The position numbers and the translations under genes are program-made. The notes below the pieces were generated by a model. The model did not search any database. It had not been told where the DNA came from and saw only the letters and a list, made by a program, of their open reading frames with translations. From the NCBI RefSeq assembly GCF_001194135.2, contig NC_068999.1, positions 47,622,020 through 47,686,019 of the forward strand: a stretch of 64,000 nucleotides of DNA, in the 5' to 3' direction. This DNA comes from Octopus bimaculoides. Its lineage: Eukaryota. This document shows, piece after piece, positions 33,701 through 46,261 of the stretch (positions are counted from its first letter, which is position 1; the number at the start of each line of letters is the position of its first letter).

Positions 33701-36700
33701 CATAATATTTCTACCGTTTCCTAGGTTAACTTTAATGTCAAAACTGAGAAAATTTCATTGTTCAATGCAAATGCTTACTAAAGTAATCAATTAATTAGAA
33801 GCATACAAAGTAACGATGTGTTTCTTATAGACAAAGTGTGAAAAAACTTCTGAGATGATAGCTGCAGTGAAAGTCTTTCCATGTTTGAGAGCACACAAAC
33901 ACCACCATTTCCCACTATTTCCACTTGCAGCAGGAAGTATACTACCATGAGATGGTTACCTCCAAGATATGAATCTATGTTACTGGATATACTTTATGTT
34001 AGTTTCATCTGCCATACTCTTCCATGCTGGCTTACGGCATACTGAAAGGGGATATTAATTTTGGAGTTTTCTTTCTCCTAGATTGATTGGGCCATGCCAA
34101 TTCACCAATGCAGGTCTCATTTTTTGCAAGTGAGCATGCATTTCAGTGAGTTGATTGCAGTAAACCTCTGCTGTAATGCTCTGATTGGCTTCCAGAAAGC
34201 CATAATGGACAACAGCAATTGCAGACCACCAGACAGTCACCATAATCTTTTGCTGATGCAACTTTGGCTTCGGGAAATGTTTAGGGGACTCATCACGATC
34301 AAGCCATTGACCTGATCGTTTAAGGGTTATCATAAGGGATCCACTTTTCATCACAAGTGACTATTTGGTCATGAAAAGGATCATTGGTGTTTCGCAGAAA
34401 GAGCATCGAGCACACTTCCAAACGCTGAACTTTTCAATTTTCGTTGAGCTCATGCGGTACCCATTTATCGAGCTTTTTCACCTTACCAATCTTCTGCAGA
34501 TTGCGTGAGACCGTTGCAATACCGACACTAAATGCCTGAGACATTTCTCTGACACTTTGACGTGGATTTTGTTCAACAACTGCTTTCAGTTGTTCACTGT
34601 CAAGACTGCATGGCCATCCTCTACCTTCTTCATCTTCAAGGCTCTCATCACCACTACAGAATTTCTGAAACTACCTTTGTACTGTGTGATCACTTGTGGA
34701 CCCCTCTCCCCATGCTCTGTTGATATTGGCAGCAGTTTGGGAGGTATTGTTCCCCAGCTTGAACTCATGCAAGAAAAGTAAGCAAAGGTCCTTTTTTTTG
34801 TCATGTTCATAATTAAGGGCGCCTGTGCTTCAAGAGTGTTTTCTGTCTTAAATAAGTAGAAAATTATTAAAGATCATGCATCAATTATTAAGTATGTCGA
34901 AATTCTCCTAAAATATAATTAAGATACGATGATAAAGTTGCATTTCAAAACACAACACTTAGAATAGCCATTATTTTTGGGACAACCTAATAGTATTAAT
35001 GGTTTAAATCTTATTGATTGTCATCTTCAAAGTAATGCTATGTTCACAGTTTTGTTTCAGTGGTCAACATACTCACTTCTTCATATACACGGTGAGACCA
35101 AATATCTTTAATGAAGTAAACACAATCTCGCTGAGTCATCCGTCGGTTACTAATTTTCCCTTCATATCTTAAGAGTTTCGGAACATCTGGAGAAAGACCC
35201 TATAAGAGAATGTGGAAACTTAAAACTACTTCAAAGAAACTTTATTATTGTCTAAATTTCAGTAAACTTAAAAATTTTTTTTACAATAATGGCACAGGTG
35301 TGACTGTGTGGTAAGAAGCTTGCTTTCCAACCACATGGTTCTGAGTTCAGTCCCACTGAACTCAGAAAGAAGCCCGTCATATATATATTTATGTGTGTGT
35401 CTTTGTGTCTGTGTTTTTATCCCAACCATTGCTTCATAGCCAATGTTGGTGTGTTTAGGTCCTCGTAACTTTCTTTTTCTACTCTAGGCACATTAGAATG
35501 TGGCCATTCTGGGGCACTGCCTTGAAGAACTTCAGTCGAATGAATCAACCCCATGCTGAACCGCTAGCTTTTAAGGATGTAAACAAACCAACACCGGTTG
35601 TCAAGCGGTAGTGGGAGACAAACACAGACACAAAGACACACATACGTACACACACACACAGTCAAATCAAATGAACCTTAAAAATAACAATAAGAAACAA
35701 GATGTGCACATGGAATATATTAGTCTGACGTTCAGTACACATATATATATATAAATTTGAAATGGAGATCAAAACAATAATTTTTTTTTTTTGTTTTGGT
35801 TTCCATTTCTAATTAATATTTATATATTGATAAACTGTGTTTATTTTATTTATTTACCTATTTGTTAAGAGCGATAATTCATAACATTATTATTGATATA
35901 GGTAAAAAAAAACCAAAAACCCAGTAAATTCTTCAGATATTTAATATCCCTTAGATGGTTATTTAACACCTAGCTAAATTGTTATAAATATATATGACAG
36001 GTTTCATTTTACCAGATCCACTCACAAGATTTTGGTCAGCCTAGGGCTATAGTAGAAGATGCCTACCCAAGGTGCCGTGCACTGGGACTGACCCCAGAAG
36101 TATGTGGTTGGGAAGCAAGCTTCTTATCACACAGTCACACCTTCGCCTAAATTACCTATCAAGAGTGGGAATGTGTGTATCATTAAAAAGCTAGAAGCTG
36201 CAGTTTTTCATCGTAGAAAAGACAGATTCCTTTGTGGACATATTGTGCTAAACAAAAAAATAATAATAAACATCAGAAAAACACTGTCTGTAGCTGGTCT
36301 TCTCTTGGAAAAGCCCTGCTTCTCACATGGACAACTGTATGTTGGCTGCTCAAGAGTGGGCAGCAAAAAAAACCTATTTGTATATGCTCCACAAGGGAAA
36401 ACAAGGAACATTGTTTACAACGAGGTGTTATAATCACAACAGCAAGAAAGTATGTACATGATCACCTTCTTTTACGAAACTTCATTGACGTTCATATATT
36501 TATATTGATATACATATATATACGTGTGTTTGGGTGCGTGTGTGTATATACATCTCTATATATAAAGATGATGCGTAGTCTAGACGGCGTTTTTAGATTT
36601 CATTATTCTCTTTAACCCGGGCAACACCGGGTATTTCTGCTAGTAATATAATAAAAGAGGTACTTTTTGACTAAAAACAGATCTTGTAGATTATATCGTG

Positions 36701-38352
36701 TAAGTTGGACATAGTCTGGATAGTTATACAATCACTTGCCTGTGCGATTAACCACTGATAAAGGAATCTTTACCAAAGGGGCCCGTTGTAGCCTCTGACT
36801 TTTCACCGATATACATACGTTAACTATGTCATATAGACAAAGATTTTAACAAGTAAATAGTTATGTTTGGTCAAAATATTCTTGTTTAAAAGTTTGCTGG
36901 GTCAAGGTCGAAGGCTGCACCTATATCCAAACAGCAAGAATGACAACCTTGCAACTACCCGACAATAAATGGTACTCTTTGTTCTCTGACTCCGGCTTGT
37001 ACTAACGCCATTTGTACCATACATATGGTGTATGTGTGTCTTTGTGTTCGTGTTTGATTTGTTTAGATCCCTGTAATTTAGTCGTTCGCAAAAAGAGAAA
37101 GACAGAATAAACACTAAGCTTAAAAAAACCCCAAAACAAAACAAATATAAGAACTGAGGTCAATTTGTTTAACTCAGACCCATTGAGGCAGTGCCCCAGC
37201 ATGGCTGCAGAAACAAATAAAAGAGTAAAAACAAATGATATTAAAAGACTGTAATAAATGAAGTTAATAGAAACCTTTCCAGTAAATGAAGTTATATCCA
37301 TTTCAAGATGAGCAGCTTCTTTAGCACTGATAGTTTGTATTAAAACTTGTAAAAGTTCCTGGGAGGCTGCCTCAGAAGATATTTCTTGCCAGCTGACATC
37401 TTCGCCAGTGATATAGCCAATACATTTCTTCCAATGTTGTCTAAACAATGAAATATAAACAAGTGTTAGTTTTCTTAAAAAGAAAAATTATTTTAGGTAT
37501 GTAACAACTATGACTACCAAGTGTGGTGTATATGTTTACCCATTGTTCATTTTATCATAAAATATAAAGTTTTTGGTTTTGGTTGAAACTATGCAAGACT
37601 TTTCACAGGTTTAAAATGTGGCATTGTTTTTGTTATCTTCATTCCAACGAAGAAGCTTTGTATGTTTGTTAGAAACCAGCTCCTTCTTCAGAAAAATTTT
37701 AATATTTATAAACAGAAAAGAGCATGCATAGCTACCTACCTACCAACCAACACACACAAGTTTCTTTCACTTTCTGTCAACCAAGACCAAATCTCATAAG
37801 TCAACCAAATCTCATAAGTCAGCCAAATCTCAAAAGAAAGCCAGAGGCTAGAGTAGAAGACATTTGCCATGCAAGTTTGCCATACCAAAACATTGTTAAC
37901 AGACTTATCAATGCCAAAGAGAAGTTTGTTTTTTATCAAATTTTCCAATAGCAAGAGACCATTTGAGTGTTGTTCAGGATGAGAATCCATACTGTGATGT
38001 GAATGTATGATATAATTTTCTTATAAGAAACTTAAGTCCTACATATGTAATTCCAAGTAAATGTATCGTTTTGTGAGAAAATGTAATACATACATTGCTC
38101 CTGTTATTGACTGTAGTTTCTGCTGCTGTTGGTAATAATGGTTCCTTTCCTCTGTTAGATTTTGGTTCATCTTTAATAAAATTCTGTTTTAAAGAAAACA
38201 GAAAACATTGAGAAACTTTTGACACAGCATAGAAATAGAATGTATTTTATTTAAACGTCAAAGAAAACAATTTAATCTTGATTTTAGAATCTTAATCAAT
38301 TCTAGAAATCACTGAACACAAACTGACTTCATTTCGCTTTATAATTGCATAT

Positions 38353-38392
<40 letters not shown>

Positions 38393-41300
38393 GAGGGGGG
38401 GACCCAAAAGAAACCGGAATTTTGCAATATTATTTTATTCATTTAGTTTTACATGTTTACACTTTTATCGCCTTCAAAGTATTCTCCATTTGAAGCAATG
38501 CATCGGTCCAGAGGCATTTTCCACTATCCGAAGCAGTGCTGGAAGTCTTGAGAAGTGATGCCATTTAATACCTTCATCATTTTTATCTTCACCTCTTCTA
38601 CATCTGCAAATTCCGTAACATCAGCTTTCGTCACCAGTGATGACCTTCAAATAAAAAATATCCAGTTGTGTGTGTGTGTGTGTGTGTGTCTGTGTTGGTA
38701 AGCAGTTTGAAGCATGACAATTGCTTTGGCTGCTGTTTTCCCCAGCAGAAACCAGAATTTCATAGAAGCATGCTGTTCATTCATTTCAGCCATCACAAAG
38801 ATCAACGAACAGGGGAAAAGTACTGCAAAAGAAAGATGCACCATGTTGCGGTACAACAGTACTTGATGCCACCAGTCAGTGAAATAAAATACCTCGCTCA
38901 AGAACACAATACGCAGCTCGGTTCGGGAATCGATCTCACAACCTCACGATCGTTAAGCTCAACGCTCTAACCACTGAGCCATGCGCCTTCACACACACAC
39001 ATATATAAATATATATATACATACATACACACATACACCTTTTCTTCATCTTCTTCCTCCTCCTTCCCTTCCTCCTCCTTCCCTTCCTCCTCCTCTTCAT
39101 CTTTTCGTAATTGTTATTGCTGTTGTTATTCTTATTATTATTCACTGGTTCTTTTATCAACTCCAAAAGAATGAACGAGAAAGTCAACCTTAGCGAAATT
39201 TGAACTCAAAAACGTAAATTCAGAGGAAATACTGTCCTGTTTGCTGATGATTCTGCCAGCTCACCACCACCTTAAACTAGAATAAAATATTGAATAAAAA
39301 TAGCAAAAGGTTGTGATAATAGGATCAGATTTACCCATGTTCAGATTCAAATAGTTTGTAAGTGTTCAGTAAATCTTCATAGTTCATCTTTTCTTCCTGG
39401 AAAAAAAAAATAAATAAATAAAAAAAATATTTTAATGCTTTGATCAAAAAATTTATAACCTATCAATGAGTTTTATACAATTTCTACAAATTTATTGGAG
39501 AAATACTCGAAATCTTCATCTGCAATAATTACCAAATTTAATTTCTTTCATTTATTTACAGACCAAGAACAAGATGGTTGGATTATATCTATAGTCTTAG
39601 TTGGTCATGCTTGGGAATCCAGCCAGAAAGAATAATGATGGTTGCTTATGATAGGACCCTTGATTAGCCGGGATTATGGTATACCTAGAGCAGATCTTCC
39701 TGTATTTTCTTTTATCCAAAGCCAGGGACTTTTCAGTACACACCCACATATGAGACAAAGAAAATGGCTTACATCATATTTCTTTTTGACGGAATCATAA
39801 TCTTTTTTTGGTATAACATCACAATAATTTGCCGTTATTGTAGCAAACATTTGGCTTGCATTTCTTTCTTTTAGTTTTGCCTCTCTGCAATAGAAAGTAA
39901 GAGTGGAAAGAGTTCTCTCTCTTCAAATTCTATTCAATGTTATTAAGCGTTTAATTTCAGCAAAAGATAACATTTCTATTAACAAACTTTAAAAATAAAC
40001 AGTGCTAATTAATATTCTTTGTACTTATAGGCACAGGACCTAAAATTTTTTCGTGCAGGGGTGTGGCTGTGGGGTAGGGTGGGGGTTACCTGATTACATT
40101 GAACCTGGTGCTCAACTGGTACTTATTTCATTGAACCTTGAAAGGATGAAAGGCAAAGTCAACCTTGGTGGAATTTGAACTCAGCACTTGAAGCCAGAAG
40201 AAATGCCACAATGCTTTTTGTCTGGCATGTTATTTCCACTAGCTCATTACCTAACAATGCTAATTAACATTGGTTTCACATTTTGGTACAAGGCCAGCAG
40301 TTTTGAGGAAGTTGGGTATATCGATTAAATCGACCCCGTGCTCAACTGGTACTCAAGTTATTGACCCCCGAAAGGATGAAATCGACCTCAAGATTCCAGT
40401 CACTGCTTGGAAACTAACCCCAAGATTCCGAGTTCGATTCCAAGCAATGACCTGAACAATAACAGTAATAATAATAACATCAAAAAATACCCAAGGAATG
40501 AGAACCCAGGTTCAAAATTTCCCCAAGACACCTGAAGAAGGCTGGAGGGTGTATCAGCCAAAACGCTGTGTTAACAACAAACAAGATGAGGACAATTATC
40601 CGTCAAATGTAAATAATGTACGTATGGTAATGATTTCAAATCTTTGTCACAAAGGCAGCTTAATGATGGGGGTTAAGTTGATTACATTGACCCCAGTGAA
40701 TAGCTGGTACTTATTTAATCGAGCCCGAAAGGATGAATGGCAGAGTCGACCTCGGCAGAATTTGAACTCAGAACATAGCGGCAGACGAAATGCCGCTAAG
40801 CATTTTGCCCAACATGCTAACAATTCTGCCAGCACTCCACCCTTTTTAATATGTATGATAATGATAACGATAGATGATTAATGAACAGTAACAGCTATGA
40901 TGCAGTGGTGGTAGTAGGAGTGGGGGCAGTGGTAATGACAGTGATGGAAGTGATAAGCAAAAACGCACATGACTGCATTCTTAAGAAGAACGGGATCTTC
41001 TTGGACTTCTGATGGTGGACAGTCTGACGGTCGGCGCTTCAGAATTTGTTTCATTGTGAATTGCTGCTGGGCATGAAGATGGTTTATTTCGGTGACTAAC
41101 ATCTTATGATGACTAAGCTCCTTATCATATTTCTCGTGAATATTGTTTACTTCCTCCTTCAATCTACTCAATATATATTCAATCTCCCTTTTATTCTCTA
41201 ACAAAATGTTCACGTTTTTCTGCAGCCTGAGGTTCTGTTCTTCAACCAAAACAAGTTCTTCAAAAAGCAATACATAAAAAAGAAAAGAAAAAAAAAATCT

Positions 41301-42587
41301 AATATTAATCAAACAAGAAAAGATTGACAGAAATAGATCAGACAGGTGGACAAACAGGCACAGAGAGAGAGATGGATGGATAAATGTGAAAAAAATTAAA
41401 AAAAGAGCCTAAAGTAAGTTCCCTGGACATTGCTGCCTCAAGCTGTAGTACTCATAGGGCCAGTTACCTGGTTTGCATGGCATATAAGTGACCAAGATCA
41501 CAACATTCCCCCTGAATGGGCCACCAGTTAACTGAGTGTTACTCATTTACAGCTGAGTGGACTGGACCAATGTGAAATGAAGAGCTTTGCTCAAGGACAA
41601 AATGCATTGTAAGTTCTGGGAATCGAAACCACAATCTTATGGTCAGGAGTACAACAACCTAGCCATTAGGCCATGTGCCATCATGGATAAATGTATCTAG
41701 GAGTGAATAATAAGGTAGACAGACAAATAGCTAGGAAAAGAATGGAAGCAGAGAAAATGTGAAATATTGAGTGGGAAATGGAGAATGAACCTGGAACCAT
41801 GTGGTTGGGAAGCAAGCTTCTTACCATGCAGCCACACCTGTATAGCTGTGGTTAAGAAGTTTGCTTCCAATCCATGTGGTTTCATGTTCAGTTCTAATGT
41901 AACAGACTATCAAAGCACTGGGAATGGATTTGGTAGACATCTGAATATACTTTTTTTTAAATATTCAAATTATTAGATATGGCCTTCACTGATATAATAT
42001 CATTAATTATAATATAATATTTCCTATGTGATATTTTACTTACAAAAAATTTACCTTACCTTGCTTCTTGTCCTCATAAACGTCCATGATCTTCTTCTCA
42101 TATTTTTCAGCAGTAGTAACAACCATTTGCTGAAGAGCCAAATAAAATAGAAATAAAACTTAATTGCATTTTTCACAGCTACATATACATAAAAGGAGAT
42201 ATATAACTGCAGATGGATTATCGGCGATTTTGTCCTCCTTCGTCCTTCTTCCCTTTGAACTTTCCCATTTTTCCTGTTTCGGAAGAAGAGCTATGCTCAA
42301 AATAAAAAACAACTACTCTTTTCCTTCTCTGAGTGTCATATTAATACATTGCTTGTGCTATGTCCTCTTTTTGTTTTTTAATTTTTTCTTTTTCTTTCTT
42401 CTCTGTTTTTTTTTTAAAATTAAATGTGCAGGAGTAGCTGTGTGGTAAGAAGCTTGCTTCCCAACCACATGGTTCTGGGTTCAGTCCCACTGTGTGGCAC
42501 CTTGGGCAAATGTCTTCTATTGTAGCTTCAGGCCGACCAAAGCCTTGTGAGTGGATTTGGTAGACGGAAACTGAAAGAATCCTATCG

Positions 42588-42676
<89 letters not shown>

Positions 42677-45600
42677 ATGTATGTATGTATGTATGTATAT
42701 ATTTGTGTATGTGTCTTTGTTTGTGCCACCACCATCACTTGACAACTGATGTTGGTGTGTTTACATCTCCATAACTTAGCAGTTCAGCAAAAGAGACCAA
42801 TAGAATAAGTACTAGGTTTACAAAGAACAAGTCCTGGGATTGATTTGTTTGACTAAAGGTGGTGCTCCAGCATGGCCAGACTGAAACAAATAAAAGAATA
42901 AAAGAACATACATACATGCATAATACATACACGCATACATACATACATGCATGTATGCATACACCCATCCATCCATCCATCCATCCATCCATCCATCCAT
43001 CCATACATACATACATTCTCCGTCCTTGTTTTCATATACCTTCGCTGCTTTCTTCCAAGGAATTTAGTGCTCTTAGCTTAGTTTTCCCTTGGGCCTGGCC
43101 AGATTGGAGCAATCTCGAGTATAACCTAACTGTCTGGATATTTTGCGTTCTTGTCCCATTTATGATGATGATGATGGTGGTGATGATGATACACACACAC
43201 ACACACACACAGTGGGATGGTTTCAGTTTCTGTCTACTAAATCCACTCACAAGGTTTTGGTCTGCCTGGTGCTACAGTAGAAGATACTTGTCTAAGGTGC
43301 CACATAATGGAACTGAAATATGTGGTTTGGAAGCAAACATCTTACCACAACAGCCAAATTTTATAAATTTTTATAAATTTTTGCAATATCTCAAACTCCT
43401 TCTTTCAATACTTTACTCACCTTCATTAAATTTAATTCGTGGAGTTGCGACCGCAGTTTACTCAGAGTTAGGTCATATGAATTTTTGATAGAAGACAATA
43501 AACTTTTGTATGTCCTAAAGTTATCAATTAAATATTCAAAAGCTTCTTGGTGAGCCTATCGTAAAATAAAAGGATATTACAGTGATAAATAACATACAAC
43601 ATAGAGAAATATTACATGGAGATCAATAACGATTCAAAGTAATTCATTTAAAATATATGAAAAATGGTTTGGAAACATATTTACAAACAATGACAATAAA
43701 ATCATAATTGTAGATGTATGTGACAGTGTGTATATGCGTGTCCAGTCTTGAGCAAGGTACTTTATTCCATGTTGCTTCATTTCACTCAGCTGATAAAAAT
43801 GAGTGATACCTGTATTTCAAAGGGCCAGCCTTGTCACACTGAATTTCCCTGAGAACTACATGAAGGGTACGTGTGTCTGTGGAGTGCCAGTTTATGTGTG
43901 TGTGTGTGTGTGTGTGTGTATGCATGTGTATGTGTGTGTGTGTCTATGTATGTATGTATGTATGTATGTATGCATGTGTGTGTATGTGTATGTATGCATG
44001 TGTGTGTGTGTAATGCAGTTATAAAAACCTCTTAATCCACTGAGCTACTCAGAGATTCATAGTGTTTGGTTCTGAACCAAATCTCGCTTTACAGACCCTT
44101 GGATGACATCATTTTAGTAATTTGCTTGATCTGCCATTCATACATCTGTTGTCTCTCTGTCTGTCTGTTTGTCCATCTGGAGATGTGAAGTACAAGGCAA
44201 AACTTGCATGAGCTGCTCCAGACCCACGAGACATTTGAAAACCGATAAGGATCCCTGAGTGGCCTAATTGTCAGGCTGGAAACAGAGATTTAGTTTGCAG
44301 TCTTTGCAAACTTTCTAAGTCTCTCACTGGCTTCATGAGTCACTATCGATCTCATGTTCACAGGAACAATCAGTTATAAGTCAACCAGTTACTGATAGCC
44401 ATGCTTGGCTAACAAGCAGACAGCCATCATGTATACACATATACATACACAATAGGTTTCTTTTAGTTTCTGGGCATAAAATAAAAGTTGTAATAAACAA
44501 ATTCATTGAGAGTTTTACCTGCAGAGAAGTGTCATTAACATCATGACTGCTAACTCCAAGCAAATATAATTCTTTCTCCAAAAAGAATTCTAACTGTCTA
44601 AGTAATTTCGGTTTATTTTTATTCTCCACACTTTCTTCATTCTCCCAAGATTCACTCTTACACACTGATGAGACATTGGTGTAGTTTTCAGATTTGCTAA
44701 TGATAGTCCTTTCATCAAAGCATGTTTTCTTCTTTGTGCTAACCTGTAAATAGAAATAAATCTTAGTGGCTGTGTGGTAAGAAGTTTGCTTCCCAACCAA
44801 ATGGTTCTTGGTTCAGTCCTACTGCATGGTACTTTGGGTGAGTGCTTTCTACTATAGCCTCAGGCTGACCAAGGCCTTGTGAGTGGATTTGGTAGACGGA
44901 AACTGCAAGAAGCCTGTCATATATATATATATATATACAAATATACACATATATATACACACATACATACATACATACATACATACATACATACATGTAG
45001 ATATATATATACATACACACACACATAGTTATATGTATTATCTATGTGTGTGTGCCTTTGTGTCTGTATTCGTTCAGCCACCACCACTCAACAGTCAATG
45101 TTGGTGTGTTTATGTCCCCGTGACTTTGTGGTTCAGCAGAAGATATTGACAGAAAATCAGACATTTCATTCTTAATGACCTGATATATATATATATATAT
45201 ACACATACACGCATGTACATACATGTACACACACACATACATATATATATGACAGGCTTCTTTGAGATTTCATCTATGAAATTCATTTACAAGGCTCTGG
45301 TCAGTCTGGAGTTGCAGAAGAAGACACTTAGCTAAGGTGCCACTCAGTGAAATTGAAGCAAGTTTCTCGACCACACAACCATACCTTGCTATGCCCCCAT
45401 TTTTTTTTTTAATTCAATTGTAGCAGAAAGGAAAAAAAAAATTACTTGTTTAGGAGATGGCAGTTCCAGTTTGTTGTCTACGGAATATGTGTCAGGTACC
45501 TTCGATTGCATCGTCTTAAAGATAAGCAGTAGAAAGATTTAAATTCATTTTATTTCAAATTCTTTATAGAAAAGTCATTTTCATTCTTATAAAATATAAC

Positions 45601-46230
45601 AATCTTTTTCAATTAACAACAATAGCATATTTATTATTATTATTTTCTTGTTATTAATTTGTCATCATTGTTGTTATCATTATTATTATTACTATAACTA
45701 TTATTATTATTACTATCATTATTATTATCATTATTATTATTATTATTATTAAAAAGACAGTAAGCTGGCAGAACTGTTAGCATACTGAGCAAAATGCTTT
45801 GTGTCTGTCTTTACGTTATGAGTTCAAATTCCACTGAGTTTGACTTTGCCTTTCATTCTTTCGGGGTCGATAAATTAAGTATCGGTCAAGTAGTAGGGTC
45901 GATGTAATAGACTTACCTCCTGCCCCAAAATTTCAGACTTTGTGCCTTTAGTAGAAAGGATTATTATTATTATTATTATTATTATTATTGTTCAGTAGTT
46001 TTATTTTTATAACGTGCTTTCACTTCACTACCGAGCAGGCAATGTTTATACTCAGCCTGAAGAAAAATTCTGTTTATATTGATATGCAATCGCCTTAGAT
46101 TGCACATATGGTTGTGGTGCATGTACCTGGTGTATTTTCCATCAGGCAGGTAGTTATAATAGGGATATTGAGCTTTGTAAATTTGTACCCCAGTGTCAGT
46201 ACGATGGCATGCACTACTCTCTCAATAAAG

Positions 46231-46261
<31 letters not shown>

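Noticed and set aside
33687-33720. Apparent small TSNAXIP1 exon (ctag|GAAACG...CCAA|gtaaat)
   Set aside because: It would leave only a ~27-nt intron before 33659 and its 34 nt break the frame; the flanking exons already join in phase 0.
39470-39525. - strand DEDFEYFSNKF segment after ttgcag
   Set aside because: It is out of order relative to the TSNAXIP1 alignment, hits a stop, and is not needed for phase.
42215-42270. Short - strand ORF MGKFKGKKDEGGQNRR
   Set aside because: It lies in the pyrimidine-rich flank of a Penelope-like/hammerhead relic, is only 16 codons long, and has no splice support.
42735-43488. ORFs of 60-209 aa with HT/YI/CV/MDGW runs (also 46108-46677, 38936-39193, 27115-27954)
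   Set aside because: Translations of di-, tri- and tetranucleotide microsatellites and SINEs.
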